From the IMG/VR virus record IMGVR_UViG_3300029288_000092, positions 1 to 64,000 of that record: a stretch of 64,000 nt of DNA; one strand, given 5' to 3'. The translations under genes were made by a program, and so were the position numbers. The notes beneath the pieces are model-generated. The model was not told the origin of the DNA. It did no database searches and saw only the letters and a list, made by a program, of their open reading frames with translations. Source of the stretch: a virus. Its lineage: Duplodnaviria > Caudoviricetes. Below are positions 49,815-58,386 of this stretch, piece after piece (the stretch's first letter is position 1; the number at the start of each line of letters is the position of its first letter).

Positions 49815-49928
49815 TTATTTCTGCAATACAATTTCTTCTTTTTCCAGATTATCCATCCATTCTTTAAATTTTTTTATTTCTGTGGATAATTCAGAAATAC
49901 ACTTATGTAGCTTTTCTTTTGTTGTCAT
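49815..49928 (-). CDS. Small coiled-coil peptide (37 aa)
   Basis: Manual: MTTKEKLHKCISELSTEIKKFKEWMDNLEKEEIVLQK after GGGGGA; fills the operon gap. Confidence 0.55.
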   Translation of the reverse strand: MTTKEKLHKCISELSTEIKKFKEWMDNLEKEEIVLQK

Positions 49929-49939
49929 ATTTTCCCCCA

Positions 49940-50314
49940 TCACTTATTCTGTATATAGCTTTTAAAATATATTAGAAGTTCTTTTATTAAACTAGTTAAA
50001 GCCATTATTTCTTTCACTAAATAATCATACTGCTCAAATTCTTTTTCATGGAGATCATATAATTCACTTTCTAATTTATCATTTCTATTTATGATTTCAT
50101 TGAGTTTTTCTCTAACATATTCATGATGACTTTCTAAATTTTCTTTAGTTGCATATCCATTGGTTCCTTTACCAAAATTTACTTTTTTGATGACTATTAT
50201 TAAAACATAACCAAGAATAAATAGAGCAATGGCAGCCAAAGAATAATTTCCGAGTTTTGTGATGTCTATTGATGTCAAATTCATTATGTCTCCTTTAGCA
50301 ATATTTTTAGTCAA
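49940..50314 (-). CDS. Single-TM coiled-coil protein (holin-like candidate)
   Basis: One TM helix then a coiled coil; probable start MNLTS after AAGGAG. Confidence 0.5.
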   Translation of the reverse strand: MTKNIAKGDIMNLTSIDITKLGNYSLAAIALFILGYVLIIVIKKVNFGKGTNGYATKENLESHHEYVREKLNEIINRNDKLESELYDLHEKEFEQYDYLVKEIMALTSLIKELLIYFKSYIQNK

Positions 50315-50323
50315 AAAAATAGT

Positions 50324-50833
50324 TTAGTTAATATTAATTCTCGATAATGCTTGAATTATAAATTTTTTCGATTCATATAAATATCCAATTTTTAAAGAAA
50401 CCCCGGTTGTTGGTTTGAGAGATGTTGCTGTTCCATTCGTTCCCATATAAATCGGACCGACAGCTCCCAAAACTCTAGTGGATTCAAACACACCAGTTGT
50501 TTGAAATTTAACTTGAGCACCAGCAACATAATTATCTGTTGAAATTCCTATAAAATTAACTTTTGCTGGGTTATCTTTATCAGCTTTAACTAACTGACCA
50601 GCAGGATTTAAAGCCAACATATCACCCTGTAATATTGTTTCAGCTGCAACGGCTACTCCAAATAACATTGCTATTTCCTCCTCTACCAATCTAGATCTTT
50701 CGTCTTCAGTTATATCTCTTCCAAAAATATCAGTTGTTGCATATTGGGATTCAAGATGTGCCCGAGTCATATCTATGATTTCACTATATGTATCTTGGGC
50801 ATAATGTATTCTCATTAAAATCCTCCATATCAC
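50324..50833 (-). CDS. Capsid-cement-like domain protein
   Basis: AAETILQGD..GQLVKAD..FIGI..IYMG..G....KPT..KIG, paralogous to the 22552/30330/45937 C-domains. Confidence 0.6.
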   Translation of the reverse strand: MIWRILMRIHYAQDTYSEIIDMTRAHLESQYATTDIFGRDITEDERSRLVEEEIAMLFGVAVAAETILQGDMLALNPAGQLVKADKDNPAKVNFIGISTDNYVAGAQVKFQTTGVFESTRVLGAVGPIYMGTNGTATSLKPTTGVSLKIGYLYESKKFIIQALSRININ

Positions 50834-50962
50834 ATTATATTTATTTATTTTTGTTCACCGTTAATATATTTTTTTATACATTGAAAAAGTAAATATATTA
50901 TTTTATTGTAGAGGAGTAGTTTATTTATTTTTTTCAATTGGTTATGCGGAGGTGTATTGGTT

Positions 50963-51028
50963 GTGTTAGAAGGTTTATTAATTTTGGTTATCGTTGCAAC
51001 ATTAGCAAGAATTGCAAATATAAAATAA
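50963..51028 (+). CDS. Putative 21-aa hydrophobic micropeptide
   Basis: GGAGGTG RBS then GTG: MLEGLLILVIVATLARIANIK. Confidence 0.4.
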   Translation: MLEGLLILVIVATLARIANIK

Positions 51029-51053
51029 AAATAAAATTTACGAGGTGGAATAA

Positions 51054-51203
51054 ATGTTGATCTGGTTATTATTAAAAATATCATTGGCCTCTTTGTTTTT
51101 ATTATTGATAGCAAAAACATATACAAAATTTTTCAATATACCAATTATGAATTTTGACAAAACATATTTTGTTGATTCTAGATTGGTAGAAATAGCTGGA
51201 TAA
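51054..51203 (+). CDS. Small membrane peptide (49 aa)
   Basis: GAGGTGG RBS; MLIWLLLKISLASLFLLLIAKTYTK...; followed by hairpin AGCTGGA..TCCAGC and a T-run. Confidence 0.55.
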   Translation: MLIWLLLKISLASLFLLLIAKTYTKFFNIPIMNFDKTYFVDSRLVEIAG

Positions 51204-51250
51204 CTCCAGCTTTTTATTTTTAACATATAAAGGAGGAAGTATAAAGTGTA

Positions 51251-52072
51251 ATGAAAAAAAAGAAATACTTTATAGGATGTGATCCAGAAATAAGATTTAA
51301 CTACGACAAATATGAAATTGAATATCATTTATCAGGAAAACACATAGGGCACGATCATTGTAATAAAATAATTGAATTTAGACCTGATGCGGGGAAACCA
51401 ATTCAAGTCACTTCAAATATGGCATATCTTGTTATGTTATTCAAAAAATTTGTTAAAAAAGAAAATTATGATTTATTTTTGACCGGCGGAACCGGATCAC
51501 CATCCACCGGTGGCCATGTTCATTTTGATTATGGAAGTGAAGAAATTATAAACAGAACAATAAATATTATGGCTAAATGGAGCAACAAATTTAATTTATT
51601 AAGAACTGAACCTGGAAGAGATTCTAGGGAAAAACAAGGGTATGGAAATTATTTAGATAAAAGAATAAATGCTCCAACCAGTTTTGAATGGAGAGCACCT
51701 TCATCTTGGTTGAGTGATCCAAGGTGGACGTATTGTATGTTAACAATTGGTTGGGTGGCAGAAAAAAATCTGGATACTTTTGAAAAATCATTAGATTCGT
51801 GGAAAAAACACATAAGACACATAAAACAATATTTAACGGCAAAAGAATGGAAAATGTTTTATCCATACTATAATATGTGGTATTCATACGCAAATAAAAA
51901 CAAATATCTTCCAAATTTTATAAATATCGATAAATGGGAAGAATGGTTGAAAATAGTTCCAGCTAAAATAAAATTTATTTCTAAAAAGGCATTAGAACAA
52001 AATGAATTTGAAATAACGTATTTAATAAATAGAGAAACTGGAAAGTCTGTTCTTGTAAAAAGCAAAAAATGA
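51251..52072 (+). CDS. phiEco32-like COOH-NH2 ligase type 2 (amidoligase)
   Basis: IGCDPE, IEFRP, GGHVHF, R..QGYG, FEWRAPSSWL motifs; AGGAGG RBS. Confidence 0.85.
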   Translation: MKKKKYFIGCDPEIRFNYDKYEIEYHLSGKHIGHDHCNKIIEFRPDAGKPIQVTSNMAYLVMLFKKFVKKENYDLFLTGGTGSPSTGGHVHFDYGSEEIINRTINIMAKWSNKFNLLRTEPGRDSREKQGYGNYLDKRINAPTSFEWRAPSSWLSDPRWTYCMLTIGWVAEKNLDTFEKSLDSWKKHIRHIKQYLTAKEWKMFYPYYNMWYSYANKNKYLPNFINIDKWEEWLKIVPAKIKFISKKALEQNEFEITYLINRETGKSVLVKSKK

Positions 52073-52094
52073 TTTGTGAATCAGATTGGAGGAA

Positions 52095-52556
52095 AAAATC
52101 TCTAAAATCCAAGATTTTTTTCTCAGTGTATGAAGGGAGAAATTATATGACACGACCGTAGTTAAGTTAATTTGTGTTTATTTATTAAGATTTTATAGAG
52201 ATTATTTATTTGCTATGTCCTAACATAGCTATTTCAATTGCTTATTTTTACGGACTCATATCCTTTTAAGTAGTGTCTATGGGTTTTGTAAAAATAAGTT
52301 GTTATGACGACCGAAGGTCATAATAATATCCTGAAAATTGAAATAGGCCCGTTCCAGCCGAGACAAATGGAATACAATCATGTGAGTTTTAGACGAGGTA
52401 CTTATCACATGAATATACACTATTGGGTTTTAAGTGTATATGGTTGCACCTTGTAAGTGATGTTTTATTGGTTAATATTAGAGTACAAAATGACACTTGC
52501 CGTTATTCATGGATGCATTTATATTAGCTACCCATGAAGATTTATAATGGTGCAAG
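52095..52556 (+). ncRNA. Candidate large structured non-coding RNA (family not identified)
   Basis: Nested stems: 52097-109/52189-203, 52212-229, 52229-239/52336-346, 52240-260/52278-299, 52302-323, 52378-385/52405-412, 52413-421/52433-441, 52444-450/52549-555, 52506-512/52532-538. No ORF of 60 aa or more. Confidence 0.6.
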
Positions 52557-52609
52557 GAGAAATTTTCCAAAATATGTATTTAATTTTAAATTGATTGACA
52601 GGAGTTTTA

Positions 52610-53395
52610 ATGTGTAGAATTTTATTGATTAAAGATCTACAAAATTGGTCAATAGATAACCAATTATTGGAAGATCTCGATTACACCCAAGGAGGGGATG
52701 GAATAGGAATGGGGTGGTTTGAAAATGGAACACCAAAGAAAGTTGTAATTCCTATTTCTTCAACAAAACATATGGTCAATGCTGCAGTTAAACACTTGAC
52801 CAAATTAAAAGAAAATGGAATACAACAAATTTTATATCATACAAGAATGACATCAAGAGGTGCAAAAAACTTAGATAATATTCATCCATTTTTAATTAAT
52901 CTTGGTCCTCCAATGAATAAAAAGGCATGGTTCTGTCATAACGGAACCATTTCATCCGTTGGAAAAATAAAGGACAAAGAAGGTGAATGGAGTGACACAC
53001 GAACATTTGCAAAAATGTTAAATAGTCTTCCATGGGAAATAATTAAAATGAATCTGGAAGATAACCCAAACGAAACATTTGTGCTGTTAAACCAGGACGG
53101 GGAATTCATGAAGTTTCAAGAAAGAGTATATGATGGAAAAAGAATAGTAGATACTGAAGGACCAATAGAACATTCCCCAACCAGAATAGTTAATAATTCA
53201 AATATATCATATGGTTATAATAGCAGCGTGTGTGACCACTACAGAGATGACTATTATAAAAATGGAAGAAATATTTTTCCATACTCATCATCAAACAACA
53301 GTGGGAAAAAAGAAAATACAAATATAAATCATTCCAATGTAAATAACAAAAATGGAATTGATGATGATTATAATTGGCATGATGCATTATATTGA
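52610..53395 (+). CDS. Class II (Ntn) glutamine amidotransferase
   Basis: True start MCRI (ATG 52610 after AGGAG) gives the N-terminal Cys; DGIG, HTRMTSRG, NIHPF, HNGTI and SDT motifs. Confidence 0.9.
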   Translation: MCRILLIKDLQNWSIDNQLLEDLDYTQGGDGIGMGWFENGTPKKVVIPISSTKHMVNAAVKHLTKLKENGIQQILYHTRMTSRGAKNLDNIHPFLINLGPPMNKKAWFCHNGTISSVGKIKDKEGEWSDTRTFAKMLNSLPWEIIKMNLEDNPNETFVLLNQDGEFMKFQERVYDGKRIVDTEGPIEHSPTRIVNNSNISYGYNSSVCDHYRDDYYKNGRNIFPYSSSNNSGKKENTNINHSNVNNKNGIDDDYNWHDALY

Positions 53396-53435
53396 ACAAA
53401 TTTTCAATGAATACTAAAAATTAACGGAGGTTTGT

Positions 53436-53840
53436 TTGTTTATTGCATTTGCCGATCAATCAAAAAATTCATTCCAAGACATAACTAAAATTTGCAATAT
53501 TGCAAAAATGAATCTAGAAAGAAATGGAGTATTATCCGATTTCTCGTTGGTGAAAGAAAATAATTTTATAAAACTCGAATTCTTATGTTTCAATCCCAAT
53601 ACATCTGAGGAAGAAACAAGTCTTTTGTTTTTAACAGAAATAAATCTTCTTGGGTTAATTGATGATAAAAAACATAAAGAAATCGTCTTATCTTTATCAA
53701 ACAGAGATAAAAAATATGAACTAAGAAACTTGAAGGAAATAGAAAATAAATTAAATGATTTTTTCAATTTTCACATAAACATAAATAAATTTTTATTGGA
53801 GAACACCATAACAGAAGAAATTGAAAATTACGCATATTGA
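53436..53840 (+). CDS. Hypothetical protein
   Basis: GGAGGT RBS before TTG; terminator GAGTGAGAA..TTCTCACTC-T8 at ~53886-53913. Confidence 0.65.
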   Translation: MFIAFADQSKNSFQDITKICNIAKMNLERNGVLSDFSLVKENNFIKLEFLCFNPNTSEEETSLLFLTEINLLGLIDDKKHKEIVLSLSNRDKKYELRNLKEIENKLNDFFNFHININKFLLENTITEEIENYAY

Positions 53841-53924
53841 TTTCGTATATTTTTGCGGTTGCGTGTGATAAGCGCTACGTTATTTGAGTGAGAAAATTCT
53901 CACTCTTTTTTTTGTCCAGATTTT

Positions 53925-54413
53925 TCATCCATCCAAATTCTTTATTTTCTTAAATTCAGAAATTATTTCATAAACAACATTTATTCCAAGTTTTCTGAAA
54001 ACATCAGCATATTCAGTGTAATATATATCTCCGGGACTTGCCATCTGAGATATGTCCCTATGAAGAAATTTTACAAAATTTAATACATTTACTTTTACCA
54101 TATGAATGCTCAAATCCATAAAAGGCTGACCTAATAATTCGAACAAACCAATATCAAATTTTTCTTTAAATTGTTTATCTAAATATTCAAAAAAATCATT
54201 TCCAACATTAACAAGAGCATCATCCTTTGGAGATATCCATAAAAAATAAGGGGTGAATGTATATTTCAAACAATCATATAATTCTTTTTTATCAAAGTAT
54301 TCTTTTATTTTTTCTTCAGTCGATATTCCTCTTTCCTCAATTTCCTCGTATACTGGAATTGGAAAAACATCATCATAATCAGAATAGTCCCTGTAATTAT
54401 ATATTGATAGCAT
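53925..54413 (-). CDS. Hypothetical protein
   Basis: 162 aa, coupled to thyX. Confidence 0.7.
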   Translation of the reverse strand: MLSIYNYRDYSDYDDVFPIPVYEEIEERGISTEEKIKEYFDKKELYDCLKYTFTPYFLWISPKDDALVNVGNDFFEYLDKQFKEKFDIGLFELLGQPFMDLSIHMVKVNVLNFVKFLHRDISQMASPGDIYYTEYADVFRKLGINVVYEIISEFKKIKNLDG

Positions 54414-55039
54414 TATTTATTTTCCTCCATTAGATCCTCAAAGAAAATAGAATATTCGGTTTTGGATAAAGTTCTTAACATCTTTTCAGCCAACTCTCTA
54501 ATTTCATAATGTGCTGCCTTTGTATTTCTCAATTTAATGAAATGCCTAAGACTTCTAATATTAAATGTTGCCATAAGATTTAATTTATAAACCCTAGGAA
54601 TAAATTGATTTATAATATCTTTATTTATATCCGGATTTCTTTGATAAAAATCTCTAATTTTAGATAAATATTCCACTGCCATTTTATTTAATTCTTCTGA
54701 TGAAGTGTTAACAATAAAATTTTCTATGCCCTCATCATTTTTTAAAAATGATTTTATAAATGTATATCTGGTGCTCTGAACCGAATAGGAAACACCAATT
54801 CTATGTCTAATCAAATGAACATGAGCATATTCAGAAATATCATTTATTTCCCAAGTAAAAGAGCAATGTTCAGAAACAGATTCATGCCCCTTTTCCAATA
54901 TAACTTTTCTTATAAGATCTTTATCTTTTTCACCCAAAGAATATAAATCACTATCCATTTTATCAAAAGAATCATGGCACATTCTAATTGCTTTTACAAC
55001 AACATCTGGAGGTGTTGCATGCATTAAAGAAACTATCAT
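54413..55039 (-). CDS. thyX: FAD-dependent thymidylate synthase
   Basis: GHESVSEH, ThyX motif RHRIGVSYSVQSTRY, NIRSLRHFIKLR, AHYEIR. Confidence 0.95.
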   Translation of the reverse strand: MIVSLMHATPPDVVVKAIRMCHDSFDKMDSDLYSLGEKDKDLIRKVILEKGHESVSEHCSFTWEINDISEYAHVHLIRHRIGVSYSVQSTRYTFIKSFLKNDEGIENFIVNTSSEELNKMAVEYLSKIRDFYQRNPDINKDIINQFIPRVYKLNLMATFNIRSLRHFIKLRNTKAAHYEIRELAEKMLRTLSKTEYSIFFEDLMEENK

Positions 55040-55053
55040 TTTTAACTCCTTAT

Positions 55054-56100
55054 CTATTTCCTTGAATATTTTCTTCTCAACCTATTTGACATATATTGAA
55101 TTGTTTCCATTGATTCACTTGTTAATCGTTTTGCACTATTGACATGCTTAATAATATTTTTCCCCTGTCTTAAAATTGTTTTCTTTCTAGGTAATGCCAT
55201 TTTTAGTTTACCCATTAAACTATATAAGACAGACACCCCACTACTAATAATTCCCATCAGTGCAGATATCGGTGTTGATAACAGATCAATAATATTTTTC
55301 ATTATCTTTTTGATTATAACATAAATTAATTTAATGACAGCCAATGATGCAGCAGCAAATAAAAAACCAACCAATATAATAATAATATTATATATTGCAT
55401 GTGCTAATTCAGAATATCCACCCATATATCTAGTCAATGCAGCTTGAGATTCACCAGCACCATCAAATCCTGTTAATTTTTTTCTAGCTGCAATAATCAC
55501 AGTATCAATCATTCTAATTGTCCTATATTTATTCGCATGAAGATATGTTTTAACATTGGATCCTGTTTTTTTCCAATTTAAATCTTCAATGGCACCAAAA
55601 ATTTCACTTGCAAGATATTTAAAATCTCTTCTGGATTCCAATCTCTGTTCCATTGCATCTTTGTATGCTTCAGGAACTTGTCTTAGTGAGAATCTCCATT
55701 TTAATGGCCAGCCCTTCCTCATTGGTTCAACACTTTTCATTGGGACTCTAACCTGAATAGGAAAAAATGGAATATAACTTTGTATTCTGGCCAATGTCCT
55801 TATAATAAAATCATTTATTTTTCTTTCAGTTAAAATAACTGTTTTTTCATAAGATGTATATCCACTTCTAACAACATAATTGGATACCTCTTTATATATT
55901 TGTTTTTTTGCTTCTTGATCTCCAGATTGTTCTATTAATACATTTTCATTCATAAAATGTTCAAATACAAAATTATCTGATTTTTCTATATGTTTTGCAA
56001 CATCCACACTTTCCATTAATCCCATATTATTTTCTATATAGTCTTCACGTATACATTCAGCTAAAAAAGAAATCTGTTTATCATTAAAATTAAGTTTCAT
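55054..56100 (-). CDS. Hypothetical protein with hydrophobic C-terminal helices; paralog of the 245..1057 family
   Basis: N-terminal FLAECIRED...GLMES; late-type promoter motif at 56124-56139. Confidence 0.65.
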   Translation of the reverse strand: MKLNFNDKQISFLAECIREDYIENNMGLMESVDVAKHIEKSDNFVFEHFMNENVLIEQSGDQEAKKQIYKEVSNYVVRSGYTSYEKTVILTERKINDFIIRTLARIQSYIPFFPIQVRVPMKSVEPMRKGWPLKWRFSLRQVPEAYKDAMEQRLESRRDFKYLASEIFGAIEDLNWKKTGSNVKTYLHANKYRTIRMIDTVIIAARKKLTGFDGAGESQAALTRYMGGYSELAHAIYNIIIILVGFLFAAASLAVIKLIYVIIKKIMKNIIDLLSTPISALMGIISSGVSVLYSLMGKLKMALPRKKTILRQGKNIIKHVNSAKRLTSESMETIQYMSNRLRRKYSRK

Positions 56101-56168
56101 TTATCCTCCGAGTCACAACAGAGTTATTTATTTTTGTTCGTTATATTTGATGTTTTTATAGTAACAGT

Positions 56169-56241
56169 ATCTACATATATAATATCTTGGCATCCGGAAA
56201 TGGATGCCGTAAATTTTGAAATTAATTGAGGAGGAAATATG
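56169..56241 (+). promoter_or_regulatory. Expression cassette copy 2 (TACATATAT motif + hairpin + RBS)
   Basis: Near-identical to 17511-17582. Confidence 0.8.
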
Positions 56242-56466
56242 ATTCAAATATTAAAAGAAATCTGTCTGTCAATCTTTATCGTTGCAATAACCTTTGCTGT
56301 CGGGGTCTGGTTTCTAGACCCTACTGGCCGCGAGATTTTGAACAACTGGATGGATAACTATTTCACTACTGGGTCCGAGCATGTGGCTCGGGCACAGGAC
56401 GAAAGAATATTTAAAAATATATATGGGTCTGGAACGACCCAAGAATACGAATGGGAAAATAATTAA
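56239..56466 (+). CDS. Small N-terminal TM protein
   Basis: 75 aa; GAGGAGG RBS. Confidence 0.7.
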   Translation: MIQILKEICLSIFIVAITFAVGVWFLDPTGREILNNWMDNYFTTGSEHVARAQDERIFKNIYGSGTTQEYEWENN

Positions 56467-56476
56467 GGAGGAAAAT

Positions 56477-56671
56477 ATGGAGAAAATCAAGAACTTTCTC
56501 AGCGATGCAACGATGTTCATCGGACCCGTGGTAGTGTATCACGGGATGTTCACCGCATACCATGGATTACTTCTCACATCTGTGGTAGAAACGACAGCAG
56601 GAATTGTCCTTTGCATGGGTGTTGAAAAGGCACACATGCTATACAAAAGAATGAGAGGAGAAAAATCATGA
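56477..56671 (+). CDS. Small hydrophobic protein (64 aa)
   Basis: True start MEKIKNF at ATG 56477 after AAGGAGG. Confidence 0.7.
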   Translation: MEKIKNFLSDATMFIGPVVVYHGMFTAYHGLLLTSVVETTAGIVLCMGVEKAHMLYKRMRGEKS

Positions 56672-56940
56672 GCATGAAAGAAAAATCTCAAAAGCAGTAT
56701 GAAACTGAAGAAAGAAAGATGAGAGAAATGACAACAGAAGAACTCCTGGTAATCGCCAGGAGGCAACACTGCAAACATTCAGGATCCTGCCGAGAATCTG
56801 ATTTGCACGGAGAGAGGTGCAAAAACCAGTGCGAATTCAGAGAGCCATATGATATTTATTGCCCCCATTGCGGTGCATACTTGGGGAACGGGTATGATCT
56901 CGTCCCCGCCCTGGAGTGTGATTGTGAAGGTGAAGGCTAG
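56668..56940 (+). CDS. Small Cys-rich zinc-binding protein
   Basis: C...C...C...C plus CPHC...CDC; terminator GGCTAGC-GAAA-GCTAGCC at ~56935-56964. Confidence 0.7.
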   Translation: MSMKEKSQKQYETEERKMREMTTEELLVIARRQHCKHSGSCRESDLHGERCKNQCEFREPYDIYCPHCGAYLGNGYDLVPALECDCEGEG

Positions 56941-56964
56941 CGAAAGCTAGCCTCTTTCTTTTCT

Positions 56965-57270
56965 TTATTTTTTCAAAGTTATTTCATAAGAACATTGATT
57001 AACTATCAATGGTTTTTTCAATTTGGCACTATGCTTTTTATATAAATTCATGATATCATTAATATCTTTATAAAACCCTTCTGCTATTTTTTTGTCCCAA
57101 AATTTCAATATAAGTTTATGTTGTGTATCACCACTCAATTCAAAACAATGTTTATCTTTTTTTGTATATATTTTGCTTATTTTATCAACAGAATATATTT
57201 TAAAATCAACTAAAGAATTGACCTTTAGGTCTATAATAGATCTTCCTTTAGCTTTCGAATTAATCATCAA
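56965..57270 (-). CDS. Hypothetical protein
   Basis: 101 aa basic ORF at the operon end. Confidence 0.6.
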   Translation of the reverse strand: MMINSKAKGRSIIDLKVNSLVDFKIYSVDKISKIYTKKDKHCFELSGDTQHKLILKFWDKKIAEGFYKDINDIMNLYKKHSAKLKKPLIVNQCSYEITLKK

Positions 57271-57430
57271 TCACATCCTTAAGTTTACAATTTAGACATT
57301 CTTCTACGGGGACAATTTTTTCCTCTGTATGATATGTGCATACAATATATTCATATTCTTCTTCATCTATACTCATAGTTTTGATATTCAATTTACTCTT
57401 AAATATTTTACAAAATTTACAAACACCCAT
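57260..57430 (-). CDS. Small zinc-binding protein (56 aa)
   Basis: Manual: MGVCKFCK...VCTYH...ECLNCK..., with GGGGGAG RBS. Confidence 0.65.
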   Translation of the reverse strand: MGVCKFCKIFKSKLNIKTMSIDEEEYEYIVCTYHTEEKIVPVEECLNCKLKDVIDD

Positions 57431-57553
57431 GACATACTCCCCCTTATCTACAATATTCTTCTAGCCCTTTGGGTTTGAAAAGTATATCCTTTGTGTTTGT
57501 TCTCCATGTTTTTGAAAGAGGAGAATCTATTTAGATTCTCCTCTCCAATAACG

Positions 57554-57769
57554 TTATTCAGCTTTCTTTCTTTTTTGAATAGTTTTACATTCGGCGACAC
57601 TTTCTTTTCTATATTTAGCCAGAAGTTTTCCAACTTTACTGGAAACTTTCCTAGCCTTAGCAGCAGCTGATTTGTTTTTCTTTTCTACAAATTTTTCATT
57701 TGCATTCTTAAACTCTTCCCACGATGCGAAAAGTTCGGCTAACAGTTCAGTCATTTTATAGTCCTCCAT
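57554..57769 (-). CDS. Histone H1-like nucleoid protein (Hc1-like)
   Basis: F.EKKNKSAAAKARK.S..V.KL...YRKESV pattern; followed by hairpin AGAGGAGAATCTA..TAGATTCTCCTCT. Confidence 0.75.
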   Translation of the reverse strand: MEDYKMTELLAELFASWEEFKNANEKFVEKKNKSAAAKARKVSSKVGKLLAKYRKESVAECKTIQKRKKAE

Positions 57770-57793
57770 TTTTTAATTATATTTTAAAAATCG

Positions 57794-58369
57794 TCAACCT
57801 CTATCTTCTGAAATTGAACACTGATTAATCAAAAGTTCTTTCTTATCTTTTAAATCGTTGATATATTCAATAATATTACAAATATTAATTGGTTTATAAT
57901 TTAATTGTTCCACTGACACATTGAACCATACCATATCCTTTTCTTTTTTAATAAAGTAATAATTATTATGTATATGCCCATGGATATTGACTTTTATATC
58001 GTTATCCACAAGAATGTTTGAATTTAATGGGACATGACTCAATGCTATTTTCACATCATCAACATTTATAATATAAAATTTGTTTTTTATTAATTCAATA
58101 TTTAAATTGTTTTTAAACCAACTAACACCGGATCTTTCATGATTGCCTTTTATTAATATAATATTTCCGGTTATAAATTCTTTTAAATAATTTATTTTGT
58201 GATCTATTTTTCCAAACATAAAATCACCAAGGTGATATACAGTATCATCATTCTTAATAATATTTTTCCAATTATTTAAAATTCTATCTTGCCAATCATC
58301 CGGCCTATCACAATATTGTTTAATTTTTTCATGAAAAAAATGTGTATCTGAAATTAACCAAGTGTTCAA
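57794..58369 (-). CDS. Calcineurin-like metallophosphoesterase
   Basis: SDTHF, HLGD, GNHE, SH.P, HGHIH motifs. Confidence 0.95.
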   Translation of the reverse strand: MNTWLISDTHFFHEKIKQYCDRPDDWQDRILNNWKNIIKNDDTVYHLGDFMFGKIDHKINYLKEFITGNIILIKGNHERSGVSWFKNNLNIELIKNKFYIINVDDVKIALSHVPLNSNILVDNDIKVNIHGHIHNNYYFIKKEKDMVWFNVSVEQLNYKPINICNIIEYINDLKDKKELLINQCSISEDRG

Positions 58370-58386
58370 AATTCAAATATCCTCGC

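Noticed and set aside
10190-52556. tRNA, tmRNA, RNase P or group I/II intron identity for the two structured regions
   Set aside because: No T-loop GTTCRA cloverleaf, GAGGAAAGTCC, P7 or domain V signature was found by eye; a covariance search is still needed.
57448-57633. 61-aa minus-strand ORF
   Set aside because: It overlaps the Hc1-like gene out of frame and runs through a terminator-like hairpin.
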